A stretch of DNA of 64,000 nucleotides from a virus, in IMG/VR virus record IMGVR_UViG_3300006217_000030, positions 1 to 64,000 of that record; one strand, 5' to 3'. The notes beneath the pieces were generated by a model, which did no database searches, had not been told where the DNA came from, and saw only the letters and a list, made by a program, of their open reading frames with translations. The first letter of the stretch is position 1; every line of letters starts with the position of its first letter. Position numbers and translations under genes: made by a program. Positions 9,142-18,451 of this stretch are shown here, piece by piece.

Positions 9142-11298
9142 TTGATAGTACAAAAAAGAGACGGACGTAAAGTTAAATTTGATAAAGAGAAAATCAAAAT
9201 AGCAGTCTTAAAAGCATTTATTGATGTTGATGGAGAAGAAACTCAATATGCAAAAGAAAAAGCTAGAGATATTGCTAACTATATAGAATTTTTAAATAAG
9301 AGTATGACCGTGGAAGAGATTCAGGATGAAGTAGTTAATAAATTGATGGCGAGTACAAGAAAAGATGTGGCTACTAAATATGTAGAATATAGATATAAGA
9401 GAAGACTGATTAGAGAAAGTAATACTACAGATAAAAGTATTATTGAGTTGATTGATGGTGTAAATGACTATTGGAATTCGGAAAATTCTAATAAAAGTGC
9501 ATCTGTTGTGACTACTCAGAGAGATTATTTGGCAGGGATTACAAGTACAGATATTACAAGAAGATTTTTATTACCAGAAGATGTTGTACAAGCACATGAC
9601 GAGGGAATTATCCACTTTCATGATGCAGATTATTTTGCTCAACATATGCATAATTGTTGTTTGATAAACCTTGATGATATGCTACAGAACGGAACAGTTA
9701 TTAACGGAACACTAATTGAAAAACCTCATAGATTTTTAACAGCTATGACAATAGCAACGCAGATTATTACAGCGGTTACTTCTTCTCAGTATGGTGGTGC
9801 AACAATTACACTGACACATTTAGCTCCATTTATTAGAGATAGTTATAAAAGGTATCTTAAAAAGTATCTGTCTTGGGGATGTTCAGAAGAAAAATCTATT
9901 GAATGGGCAAAGAAAGATTTACAGAAAGAGATTCAGGATGGTGTACAAACATTTCAGTACCAGTTAAATTCTATGACAAACACAAATGGGCAGTCTCCAT
10001 TTTTGTCAGTTTTTATGTATCTTGGAGAAACTGAAGAGTACAAAGAAGAACTTTCTATGATTATACAGGAAATGTTGTTACAAAGAATTGAAGGACTAAA
10101 GAATGAGGTTGGAATTTATATTACACCAGCATTTCCGAAGTTGTTATATGTATTGGAAGAAGACAATATTCATGAAGATAGTAGATATTGGTATCTTACT
10201 GAACTTGCAGCAATGTGCACGGCTAAAAGATTAGTACCTGATTATATGTCAGAAAAGGTAATGAAACAATTAAAAGATGGAAATATGTATCCTGTAATGG
10301 GCTGCAGATCTGCTTTGACAGTATGGCATGATAAAAATGATAAGCCAAAGTTCTATGGAAGATTTAATCAAGGTGTTGTAACAATTAATTTAGTAGATTT
10401 GGCTCTTTCGTCCAATAAAGATTTTGATAAGTTTTGGGAACTTTTTGAAGAGCGAACAGAATTATGTCATAGAGCTTTGAAATGTAGACATGAGAGATTA
10501 GAAGGAACATTATCCGATGCAGCACCTATTATGTGGCAATATGGAGCATTAGCGAGATTAGATAAGCATAAACCAATAGATGAACTTCTACATGATGGCT
10601 ACTCTACATTATCACTTGGATATGCAGGATTGTATGAATGTGTAAAGTATATGACTGGTAAATCTCATACAGATAATGAAGAAGGAACAGAATTTGGGTT
10701 AAAGGTTATTCAAGCGTTGAATGAAAAGTGTAATCAGTGGAAGAAAGAAGAACATATTGATTATAGCTTGTATGGGACTCCGATTGAATCCACTACATAT
10801 AAATTTGCAAAATGCTTACAGAAGAGATTTGGAGTAACCGAGGGGATAACTGATAAAAACTACATCACAAATTCTTATCATGTAAATGTCAGAGAGGAAA
10901 TTAATCCGTTTGAAAAACTTGAAATAGAAGCCAAATTTCAAGAACTGAGTCCTGGAGGAGCCATTTCTTATATCGAAAGTAGTAATATGAACGACAATAT
11001 TCCTGCCTTATTGGAAGTTATCAAATTTATATATGAAAATATCATGTATGCAGAAATCAATACAAAGTCAGATTATTGTCAGGTCTGTGGTTATAATGGA
11101 GAAATCCAGATTATAAAAGAGAATGATGAATTGCTTTGGGAATGTCCTAATTGCAAAAACCGTGATCAAGACAAAATGAATATTGCCAGACGTACATGCG
11201 GCTATATTGGAAGTCATTATTGGAACCAAGGCAGAACGCAGGAGATTGCTGAAAGATTCGTGCATTTGGATGACCATGAATACAAGGAGAGTGATTAA
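9142..11298 (+). CDS. nrdD: Anaerobic ribonucleoside-triphosphate reductase (class III RNR), NrdD
   Basis: N-terminal ATP-cone (VQKRDGRKVKFDKEKI). C-terminal Cys4 cluster (CQVCG...CPNCK). Glycyl-radical motif RRTCGYIGS near the C-terminus. TTG start with GGAGG RBS. Confidence 0.9.
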   Translation: MIVQKRDGRKVKFDKEKIKIAVLKAFIDVDGEETQYAKEKARDIANYIEFLNKSMTVEEIQDEVVNKLMASTRKDVATKYVEYRYKRRLIRESNTTDKSIIELIDGVNDYWNSENSNKSASVVTTQRDYLAGITSTDITRRFLLPEDVVQAHDEGIIHFHDADYFAQHMHNCCLINLDDMLQNGTVINGTLIEKPHRFLTAMTIATQIITAVTSSQYGGATITLTHLAPFIRDSYKRYLKKYLSWGCSEEKSIEWAKKDLQKEIQDGVQTFQYQLNSMTNTNGQSPFLSVFMYLGETEEYKEELSMIIQEMLLQRIEGLKNEVGIYITPAFPKLLYVLEEDNIHEDSRYWYLTELAAMCTAKRLVPDYMSEKVMKQLKDGNMYPVMGCRSALTVWHDKNDKPKFYGRFNQGVVTINLVDLALSSNKDFDKFWELFEERTELCHRALKCRHERLEGTLSDAAPIMWQYGALARLDKHKPIDELLHDGYSTLSLGYAGLYECVKYMTGKSHTDNEEGTEFGLKVIQALNEKCNQWKKEEHIDYSLYGTPIESTTYKFAKCLQKRFGVTEGITDKNYITNSYHVNVREEINPFEKLEIEAKFQELSPGGAISYIESSNMNDNIPALLEVIKFIYENIMYAEINTKSDYCQVCGYNGEIQIIKENDELLWECPNCKNRDQDKMNIARRTCGYIGSHYWNQGRTQEIAERFVHLDDHEYKESD

Positions 11299-11860
11299 TA
11301 TTAGATATGCACAAATTCGCAGTATGGATTTGTCAAATGGAGAGGGCATAGGGATTGCCCTTTTTGTTCAGGGGTGTCGATTTAGATGTTCCAATTGTTT
11401 TAATCCCGAAACATGGGATTTTAATGGTGGTAAAGAATGGACTGGAAAAACAAAAGATAAGTTTATAGAATTAGCAAGTAAACCATATATAAAAAGGATT
11501 AGTATCCTCGGAGGTGAACCTCTGGCAGAAGAAAACCTTGATGGTGTCTTAGATTTAGTCAATGAAATTCGTCTTTCATGCCCACAAAAATCTATTTGGT
11601 TATATACAGGGTTTACATGGGAGGATATATGGGAGCCTGGCATTCATGGAACGGATTTATATGGAAAACCGTGGAATTCATATAGTATATTTCAAATTAG
11701 AATACAAAACATTGTAAAACAGTGCAATATTTTAGTTGACGGTCAATACATAGATTCGCAGCGTGATATCACACTACCATATAGAGGGAGTAGAAATCAA
11801 AGACTCATAGATGTTATGAAATCTCTAAGGAAAGGAGAAATTGTGCTATGGAAATGTTGA
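11276..11860 (+). CDS. nrdG: Anaerobic RNR activating protein (radical SAM), NrdG
   Basis: NGEGIGIALFVQGCRFRCSNCFNPETW matches the NrdG signature (G-C-x3-C-x2-C-x-N). The start was trimmed from the ORF-track start (11183) to the ATG at 11276. A GTG at 11291 is also possible, so the start is uncertain. Confidence 0.8.
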   Translation: MNTRRVINIRYAQIRSMDLSNGEGIGIALFVQGCRFRCSNCFNPETWDFNGGKEWTGKTKDKFIELASKPYIKRISILGGEPLAEENLDGVLDLVNEIRLSCPQKSIWLYTGFTWEDIWEPGIHGTDLYGKPWNSYSIFQIRIQNIVKQCNILVDGQYIDSQRDITLPYRGSRNQRLIDVMKSLRKGEIVLWKC

Positions 11861-12204
11861 TTAGTAAAGAATACATTTTGCCAAATCCGAATAAGAAGGA
11901 ACTAAAAAGTAATGGTTTTCGCCATAATAAACTTATAGGTGACTCGGAAGGTGATTTTTATTCTATAAGGTTCCCAGTGTTACAATATCATAAAACGACA
12001 ACTGTTGACGGAGAAATTATTATTGATTTAAATTCAGGCAATGTCAAAATTAATGCGTATAGTTATGGAACGAATGGTTGTTATCCTCCATTTTATCAAA
12101 AAAATTGTAGCAAAGTATATGAACCAATTATTAAAAAAATTAATGCTTCATTTCATACAATGTTCAGAAAGATTGGCATTAAGAAAACAGAGGAGAGTAA
12201 ATGA
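11848..12204 (+). CDS. hypothetical protein (118 aa)
   Basis: ORF overlapping the nrdG stop by 13 nt, which suggests translational coupling. Confidence 0.4.
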   Translation: MEMLISKEYILPNPNKKELKSNGFRHNKLIGDSEGDFYSIRFPVLQYHKTTTVDGEIIIDLNSGNVKINAYSYGTNGCYPPFYQKNCSKVYEPIIKKINASFHTMFRKIGIKKTEESK

Positions 12205-12320
12205 TTATGGCAAGTTAATTAATAAAGCAGAAATTATATATAACCATAAATTTGCAAAACAGTATGTTTTATGATGTCAATTAGAAATGGAATAATATAT
12301 CATTATAGGAAGGAAATGTA

Positions 12321-13631
12321 ATGAAAGATATACGCTTAACTTATTTCAATACAGAAATATGTTTTTCAACATATTTTTTGATTTTTTTCCGTATGATAGG
12401 AATTTATGTTCATGAGAGAGTTTTTCGAGTGGATGAAGAGGATAAATATGTATATGATAAAGAGAATGAAGATATAATAAATATTTTTATTATAAGGGAT
12501 AAGTTAGAGCAAGAGAAATTATATCCGTATGTGAGAATCGAAGGAATATTTTTGATATCGGAAACGGTAGAAAATATTTATGGAGAAAAAGTAGTTATAT
12601 ATAATGAGGAATCATCAAAATTATGGATATTAAAGAAAATAATTGGTTGTCTGGCAGAAGATTACGAGGAATTTAACAGAGGATTGAGTGATTTATTATT
12701 GTTAGCGCATATATATGATAATAATTTGCTTATGGAGACTTTCTTAGGAACTAGATTTTTTATTCCCGACATAGTTAGTTATAAGAAGTTTTGTCCACGT
12801 TATATAAGAAGTATTAGAAGAATAGCAAATAACCAGGAAATAAAAGGAGATAGTTTATTTGCTGATTTTGCAATGGCTTATTTAGCGTATGAGTATAATT
12901 ATTATTGTAAACGGTTGGAGAAAGTATTTCTATATGATGTGGATAGTATTTTGGATTTAATACAGGAGTTACAGGCGCAGGCAGATGGCAGGTGGGATTC
13001 TTTAGTATTATTGATTGCTCAAATCAATGGAGATTTGTTAGAAAAATATGATGATGCTTTACGGTATTATCTGCTTGTAACAGACCATTCGTATAATGCT
13101 TTTGCATGGTATAAAATAGGATATATCTATAAGAATCATATAGGGGATTATAAAAGAGCATTTAATTGTTTTAATAATGCAGTTAAAATTAATCCTTTAT
13201 ATTATCGGGCTATTTATCATATGGGAAGCTGCCAATATACCTTAAGGGAAGAACACAGGGCGAGAGTCACTTTTTTAAAGTTTATCTCTATTTTGTCAAA
13301 TAAGGCTCAGGAAAATGTTTTACGTCCAATGGAGGTAGAATATCTTTACAAGACATATCTTTTTTTGGCGCGAATGGAATATAGAATTTATGGTGATATA
13401 TACCGTTCCATTCACTGGTGTCGGAAAGCGGAGAAACTATGGCTGAGGGCGGATGCGGACAGAGGAAGGAATTTAATTGAACATGTAAAGTATAATAAAA
13501 AAATTATAAAAGAACAGTTTGCACAGTGGGTGGCTGTGAATGATGTTTCTCCTATCCGTGAGAGGATTTATTCATTATATAAAAGTGTTGAAGATGAAGA
13601 GGGAGTGCAGGAATACAAAAAATATCTATAA
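12321..13631 (+). CDS. TPR-repeat protein (436 aa)
   Basis: RBS ataggaaggaaatgtaATG. C-terminal half has TPR-like repeats (AWYKIGYIYKNHIGDYKRAFNCFNNAVKINPLYYRAIYHMGSCQYTLREEHRA). Confidence 0.45.
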   Translation: MKDIRLTYFNTEICFSTYFLIFFRMIGIYVHERVFRVDEEDKYVYDKENEDIINIFIIRDKLEQEKLYPYVRIEGIFLISETVENIYGEKVVIYNEESSKLWILKKIIGCLAEDYEEFNRGLSDLLLLAHIYDNNLLMETFLGTRFFIPDIVSYKKFCPRYIRSIRRIANNQEIKGDSLFADFAMAYLAYEYNYYCKRLEKVFLYDVDSILDLIQELQAQADGRWDSLVLLIAQINGDLLEKYDDALRYYLLVTDHSYNAFAWYKIGYIYKNHIGDYKRAFNCFNNAVKINPLYYRAIYHMGSCQYTLREEHRARVTFLKFISILSNKAQENVLRPMEVEYLYKTYLFLARMEYRIYGDIYRSIHWCRKAEKLWLRADADRGRNLIEHVKYNKKIIKEQFAQWVAVNDVSPIRERIYSLYKSVEDEEGVQEYKKYL

Positions 13632-13756
13632 AAGAAAGGAAGGATGCAAATGAAGAGAAAAGGTACAGTGGACTATTGTATTGTCAATCGTCTTAGAATT
13701 GAAACAGTGACTGATTTTGAAAATTCATTATTTACGAAAGGAGTTAAAGTATACGT

Positions 13757-13996
13757 ATGAAACTTAAAATAGTTGATAATAGTTTTAATAAGAATATTGA
13801 CCAAATAAAACCTGCTGAATTGTTTATTGTTTTGGAAAATGAAAAAGATGAATATAAACTTTTTAAAGGTATTTTTATGAAACTAGCTTGTGATAGGACA
13901 AATAATAAAAATGCGGTAAAACTTAATGATGGCAATTTATATCACATTAATGAAAATATTCTTCTGCAAGTTGTTAATGGTGAATTAACCATATAG
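13757..13996 (+). CDS. hypothetical protein (79 aa)
   Basis: ORF with RBS (aaaggagttaaagtatacgtATG). Confidence 0.35.
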   Translation: MKLKIVDNSFNKNIDQIKPAELFIVLENEKDEYKLFKGIFMKLACDRTNNKNAVKLNDGNLYHINENILLQVVNGELTI

Positions 13997-14007
13997 GAGA
14001 AGTTGCC

Positions 14008-14280
14008 ATGTCAAATATTATTTATGGAAATTTACAAAAAAGTGATACTGTAATATTTGCGAGAGTTTTGCCTAAAATCGGATATTATGAATTGTTGGAT
14101 TTACACATTGTATCAGTATATGAAGATTATTGTACAGGTACGGATTTAAAAACAAAACAAACTTTCCTGTTTCATAGAGCACTCGCTGAAACAGTATTAT
14201 TTACAAACAGGAATAAAGCGATTGAATATTTAAATATGAAGAAACGTGAAAATAAGAATGTAAAAATTGCAAAAGAATAG
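14008..14280 (+). CDS. hypothetical protein (90 aa)
   Basis: ORF with RBS (ataggagaagttgccATG). Confidence 0.35.
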   Translation: MSNIIYGNLQKSDTVIFARVLPKIGYYELLDLHIVSVYEDYCTGTDLKTKQTFLFHRALAETVLFTNRNKAIEYLNMKKRENKNVKIAKE

Positions 14281-14290
14281 GAGTGACTGG

Positions 14291-14725
14291 ATGGTAAAAG
14301 TAAAAATTAAATATTTTAGTGATGACGCAGAAAAGATATGTTATATCGAAGGAAAGTCCGACTGGATTGATTTACGTGCTTCAGAAGAGGTAACATTAAA
14401 GAAAGGGGAATTTAAGCTGATTCCGCTTGGGGTGGCGATGGAGCTTCCCAAAGGGTATGAGGCTCATATTGTGCCAAGGAGCAGTACATTTAAGAATTTT
14501 GGGATTATCCAGACAAACCATTGTGGCATTATTGACAATTCGTATTGTGGAGATAATGACCAATGGTATTTTCCTGCGTTAGCAATGAGAGATACAGTAA
14601 TACATAAAGGTGATAGGATTTGCCAGTTTAGGATTTTTAGAAATCAACCAGAGATTAATTTTTGTGAGGAGAAACATTTAAGCGGAAAGGACAGAGGCGG
14701 CTTTGGAAGTACAGGGAAAAAATAA
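14291..14725 (+). CDS. dut: dUTP pyrophosphatase (dUTPase)-like
   Basis: Beta-barrel dUTPase-like motifs (IPRSS-type: AHIVPRSS; GIIDxxYxG: [12 protein letters not shown]; C-terminal GGFGSTG). The start was trimmed to the ATG at 14291 with upstream AGGAG. Confidence 0.7.
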   Translation: MVKVKIKYFSDDAEKICYIEGKSDWIDLRASEEVTLKKGEFKLIPLGVAMELPKGYEAHIVPRSSTFKNFGIIQTNHCGIIDNSYCGDNDQWYFPALAMRDTVIHKGDRICQFRIFRNQPEINFCEEKHLSGKDRGGFGSTGKK

Positions 14726-14948
14726 TGTTGATAAAATAGAAAAAATAGTATATAATAGTAATGATATTAGTAATAAGGATATGCTTATTATGAATAATCA
14801 TAATGGGAAAAAGAAAAAAACTATAAAAGTTACATCAAGTTATTTGGTTGATAATCCAACACAACAAGATGTTCAGACATTACAAAAAGAAGTACAAAAC
14901 ATTTTGCTTTCAAATATTCATCAAAATACTACAATTCAATCAAAGTAA
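14703..14948 (+). CDS. hypothetical protein (81 aa)
   Basis: ORF followed by a strong terminator. Confidence 0.3.
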   Translation: MEVQGKNNVDKIEKIVYNSNDISNKDMLIMNNHNGKKKKTIKVTSSYLVDNPTQQDVQTLQKEVQNILLSNIHQNTTIQSK

Positions 14949-14960
14949 TACATATATGAT

Positions 14961-14995
14961 ATAGGAGGGTTATAACCCTCCTATATGTGGTTTTA
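14961..14995 (+). terminator. Rho-independent terminator: perfect palindrome ataggagggttataaccctcctat followed by atgtggtttta
   Basis: 10-bp GC-containing stem with a 4-nt loop and a T-rich tail, upstream of the integrase promoter region. Confidence 0.6.
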
Positions 14996-15037
14996 TGAGT
15001 CAATTAACATAATAAAAATTGAAAGGATGATATTTTT

Positions 15038-16681
15038 ATGAATAATGATTATAAGTTAGTACGTATGTTACTACGAGTTAGTTCTAACCAACAATTAGAA
15101 GCGGATGGCGATTTATCTGTACAACGTCAATTAGTAAAAGAATATATTGAATCACATGAAAATTGGAAATTAGATAACAAGGAATATTTCGAGGGCAGTA
15201 AAAGTGGGTATAAGAATACTGTTGTTGAGCGAGATGTGTTACAACAGGCATTACAAGACGCAATAAATCAAGAATACGATATTCTTGTTGTTTATAAAGA
15301 TGATAGAATAGGGCGTAGGATGTGGGAGATTGGTGCTTATGTAATGCAACTAAAAAGTTATAATGTTGACATTTATACAGTTAAGGATGGATGTATTTCA
15401 CCAGAAACAGATGATATTATGGGGCAAATGATGTTAGCCTTAAGATATGGTAATGCACAAAAGAGTAGTTCTGATACTGGAATGAGAGTAAAAGATACTG
15501 CACAAAAGTTAGTCCAAAAGGGTAAATTTATGGGTGGTAAAGCTCCATATGGATATGAATTGGTTTTTTCAGGCGAAATTAGCAAACATGGACGAGCATT
15601 GAAAAAATTGCAAATAGTTGATGAAAAGGCAGATGTAGTAAAATATATTTATAATTTATCGTTAACAAAAGAATATGGATCATATAAAATTGCAGAAGTA
15701 TTAAATTCAAATGACGATTATATAAAACTGGCACCAAATGATTTTTGGAAATCAGGTACGATTACTAGTATATTAACCAATCCTGTTTACGCTGGCTATG
15801 TTGCTTATAAACGCAGAGAGCGTATTAATGGCAAATATTTAAGGCTTAGTGATGATGAATGGATTAAGTCTGAAAACCGTAATGAAAACATTGCTATTAT
15901 TGATGAAGATATATGGAATGAAGTACAACGTAAACGGAAATTGCGCAGTAAAGAGTATCAAAAAAGTTTTGAAGAAAATGAATACAATTTGATTAAAAAA
16001 AATGATGGGTTTCTTCCATTTATAGATGTTGCTTATTGTGGATATTGTGGTACAAAATTAACAAATAATTCACAGTACAATTATTGGACAATAAAAGGGA
16101 CAGGTGAAAAACGCGCAAGTAGAATTGGAGTCTACAGATGTCAAATGGCTCAACAAGGTATCCCTCATGATAAAACATGCAGATTTAGGGCTGATAAAAT
16201 AGAAAATATTATTTTTGAAGATATATGTAAATACTTAGACTCTTTATTAGATAATATTGATTTATCCCAAAACGTAAAGAATATTAAAGATAATGAATGT
16301 CAGAAATTAAAGAAGAATTTAGATAAGAATAAAAGAGAGTTGGTTAAAATAAAAAATGGAATTGATATAATGGAAGAACATATGCCTGAAGCTATGATGG
16401 GTAATTATATATTATCTATAGAAGAATTAGCTCATGCCATTAAAAAACATAAAGCAAACTTAGAAGACACTGAGAAAAAGATAAAAAATATTCAAGAACA
16501 AATAGATGATATCAATAATTCCAACAAAGAAATGGATGATATAAAAAATAATATACCAAAGTGGAAAGAAATATTTATGGGAACTGATAAACATACACAA
16601 CGTGTTATAGTTAACAAAATAATAGATAAAGTTATTATGAAAAAAGATGAAATTCATATTATATATAAAATTAAAATATGA
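15038..16681 (+). CDS. int: Large serine recombinase (phage integrase)
   Basis: N-terminal resolvase catalytic domain with LLRVSSNQQ (catalytic Ser motif) and YKDDRIGRR. Recombinase domain. Cys cluster (CGYCGTKL...CQMAQ). C-terminal coiled coil. Length 547 aa. Confidence 0.9.
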   Translation: MNNDYKLVRMLLRVSSNQQLEADGDLSVQRQLVKEYIESHENWKLDNKEYFEGSKSGYKNTVVERDVLQQALQDAINQEYDILVVYKDDRIGRRMWEIGAYVMQLKSYNVDIYTVKDGCISPETDDIMGQMMLALRYGNAQKSSSDTGMRVKDTAQKLVQKGKFMGGKAPYGYELVFSGEISKHGRALKKLQIVDEKADVVKYIYNLSLTKEYGSYKIAEVLNSNDDYIKLAPNDFWKSGTITSILTNPVYAGYVAYKRRERINGKYLRLSDDEWIKSENRNENIAIIDEDIWNEVQRKRKLRSKEYQKSFEENEYNLIKKNDGFLPFIDVAYCGYCGTKLTNNSQYNYWTIKGTGEKRASRIGVYRCQMAQQGIPHDKTCRFRADKIENIIFEDICKYLDSLLDNIDLSQNVKNIKDNECQKLKKNLDKNKRELVKIKNGIDIMEEHMPEAMMGNYILSIEELAHAIKKHKANLEDTEKKIKNIQEQIDDINNSNKEMDDIKNNIPKWKEIFMGTDKHTQRVIVNKIIDKVIMKKDEIHIIYKIKI

Positions 16682-16765
16682 TATCATATACGAACCAACC
16701 ACGAATTTATGTACACTATATTACCATTCGGTGTACATAAATTCGTGGTTGGTTCATATATGATA
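16682..16765. other. 84-bp near-perfect inverted repeat (35-bp arms, 14-nt spacer) directly downstream of the integrase stop. Candidate attP core and/or integrase terminator.
   Basis: Left arm tatcatatacgaaccaaccacgaatttatgtacac. The reverse complement of the right arm differs at 1 position. Spacer tatattaccattcg. Confidence 0.45.
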
Positions 16766-16793
16766 CTAATCAAATAATTACATCGTAAAAAAT

Positions 16794-16837
16794 AGGGCAG
16801 AAGAGAAGATACAAAAAGTATCCATCTCAACTGCCCT
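16794..16837 (-). terminator. Hairpin (agggcag...ctgccct) with a T-run on the - strand. Terminator of the late operon, convergent with int.
   Basis: 7-bp GC-rich stem. The - strand continues ATTTTTTACG. Lies between convergent genes. Confidence 0.45.
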
Positions 16838-16841
16838 AAAA

Positions 16842-17615
16842 TTATTCTACTTTAAAAAGATAGTTCCTGTCATTATAATATATTTCGTTTCCTATTTTAT
16901 AATATTTCCCAGGTGATAACACCGCACTATTTCCACGTAGCATTGAATAGATTAAGTATGTACCATTATATGCAAGTTGTGGTTCACAAACTAATTTACT
17001 TACAGTATTTAATCCACTTTCTGTATAATAGGTGGAAAAACTTATGTTTTTTAATACATTATAATTATGATTTTTGTTTCTTATGTATTTTGCACCGCTG
17101 CTAGAACTATCAATTTCGTAACCAGAAAAATAATATGCTTCTTCATTAGTGATTAGATTTTTAGCTTTAGCTATTGTAATAATCTTTTTCTCAGAAGTTG
17201 TACTTTTATATGCACCACATGTAATATTTATAAAGTTGTTACTTCCTCGTACAACTATATTATAATCATAATCTTTCTTACTCGTTTCTGCCATCCATAC
17301 ACTATTTGTGGATAATGAAATAGTTGAATTCATTGTTTCTGTATAAATATTTACTATATAATAATAACCACTTTTGATAATTACTACATAAAATTTAAAT
17401 CCCAATACAGTAATAGAATAGTCATCCTCATTCTTAGTAGCATCAGAATATCCGGCATCAATTATTGTTTCATAAACGGAATTTAAAAATTCTTCACTTA
17501 ATTCTTTGATTATCGTCACATTAGTAGTAGAAGTTTCAGATGTCAGTCCTACTATTGTTAAAGTTTCAGAAGTCAAACTATCATAACTACCTGAGTAAGC
17601 ATTTCTTACAACCAT
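16842..17615 (-). CDS. hypothetical tail-fibre-module protein (257 aa)
   Basis: Last gene of the late operon. Ser/Thr/Tyr-rich composition typical of fibre or adhesin accessory proteins. Confidence 0.4.
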   Translation of the reverse strand: MVVRNAYSGSYDSLTSETLTIVGLTSETSTTNVTIIKELSEEFLNSVYETIIDAGYSDATKNEDDYSITVLGFKFYVVIIKSGYYYIVNIYTETMNSTISLSTNSVWMAETSKKDYDYNIVVRGSNNFINITCGAYKSTTSEKKIITIAKAKNLITNEEAYYFSGYEIDSSSSGAKYIRNKNHNYNVLKNISFSTYYTESGLNTVSKLVCEPQLAYNGTYLIYSMLRGNSAVLSPGKYYKIGNEIYYNDRNYLFKVE

Positions 17616-17627
17616 TCAAAATCCTCC

Positions 17628-17930
17628 TTAAAATTGATATTGGGCACTAACATCTTCAACAGGTTTTGCGATTAAATCATTTCCGGTATACGCAATAAAT
17701 TTTTCTACTGGATAAAAATCTTTAATACTGTTACCGTTACTGTTTTTTATCTGCCTGATTTTTTCGCCGTATAATCCCAACTCAACAGTATCATCACACT
17801 CTATATGATTTTCGGTAATGGCAAGCTGGATATCGTCTACGGCGTTGCTCATATACTGTAATTTTTCTGCGATACTTCCCATATCACACCTTCTTTCTGT
17901 TAATTGCATCCAATACTTCTGGTATGTCAC
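17628..17930 (-). CDS. hypothetical protein (100 aa)
   Basis: ORF in the late operon. Confidence 0.35.
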   Translation of the reverse strand: MTYQKYWMQLTERRCDMGSIAEKLQYMSNAVDDIQLAITENHIECDDTVELGLYGEKIRQIKNSNGNSIKDFYPVEKFIAYTGNDLIAKPVEDVSAQYQF

Positions 17931-18447
17931 CTATTACATCTGTAAAGTGGTCATAAACTGTCTTTACTACTTTCGCTGTGGCTCCTTCTGTAATAGAAGA
18001 GGATTTATAGGAATCCAACAGATATTGTTTTGTGAGTAATATAAAATCAGTGCCGTTGAATCCAAGTACAACGGCACCGCCACAGATGATATCATGATAT
18101 GCTAAATGATTCCCATATTTATCAACGATAGAAAAAGTAGTGGAAGAGGAATTTATAACAACTTGTCCGGTATAATTGTCCGTTAAAGAACTGGATGTAT
18201 CGGATTTGAGAATTAGAAGAGTATGTGTATTTATTTTTTCAGCATCCAATCCGTCTACTGTAAAAGTGATTGTATTGTCATTTGTTAATGATATTGTTCC
18301 GTAATAGGTAGATGAGCTGCCTCCTCCAGAAGAAACCAAATCATCAACATACTTTTTATTTACCGCATCCCATTCATCTGTGGGAGTGAAAAGTAATTTC
18401 AGTTTTGATAATATTTTCAATTTATCACCTCCAAATAAAAAAGCCAT
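17884..18447 (-). CDS. hypothetical tail-fibre-associated protein (187 aa)
   Basis: ORF directly downstream of the fibre gene, Ser/Thr-rich. Confidence 0.4.
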   Translation of the reverse strand: MAFLFGGDKLKILSKLKLLFTPTDEWDAVNKKYVDDLVSSGGGSSSTYYGTISLTNDNTITFTVDGLDAEKINTHTLLILKSDTSSSLTDNYTGQVVINSSSTTFSIVDKYGNHLAYHDIICGGAVVLGFNGTDFILLTKQYLLDSYKSSSITEGATAKVVKTVYDHFTDVIGDIPEVLDAINRKKV

Positions 18448-18451
18448 TCGG

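Noticed and set aside
11183-11275. Upstream extension of nrdG overlapping nrdD by 115 nt, as in the ORF track
   Set aside because: The extension has no homology to NrdG N-termini. ATG 11276 or GTG 11291 gives the expected short leader before the NGxG...CxxxCxxC motif.
11068-11643. - strand ORFs (93 and 91 aa) overlapping nrdD and nrdG
   Set aside because: Embedded antisense within well-supported genes. No start context.
12041-12274. 77-aa + strand ORF in an alternative frame overlapping 11848-12204
   Set aside because: Overlaps the 3' half of a better-supported ORF in another frame. Likely spurious.
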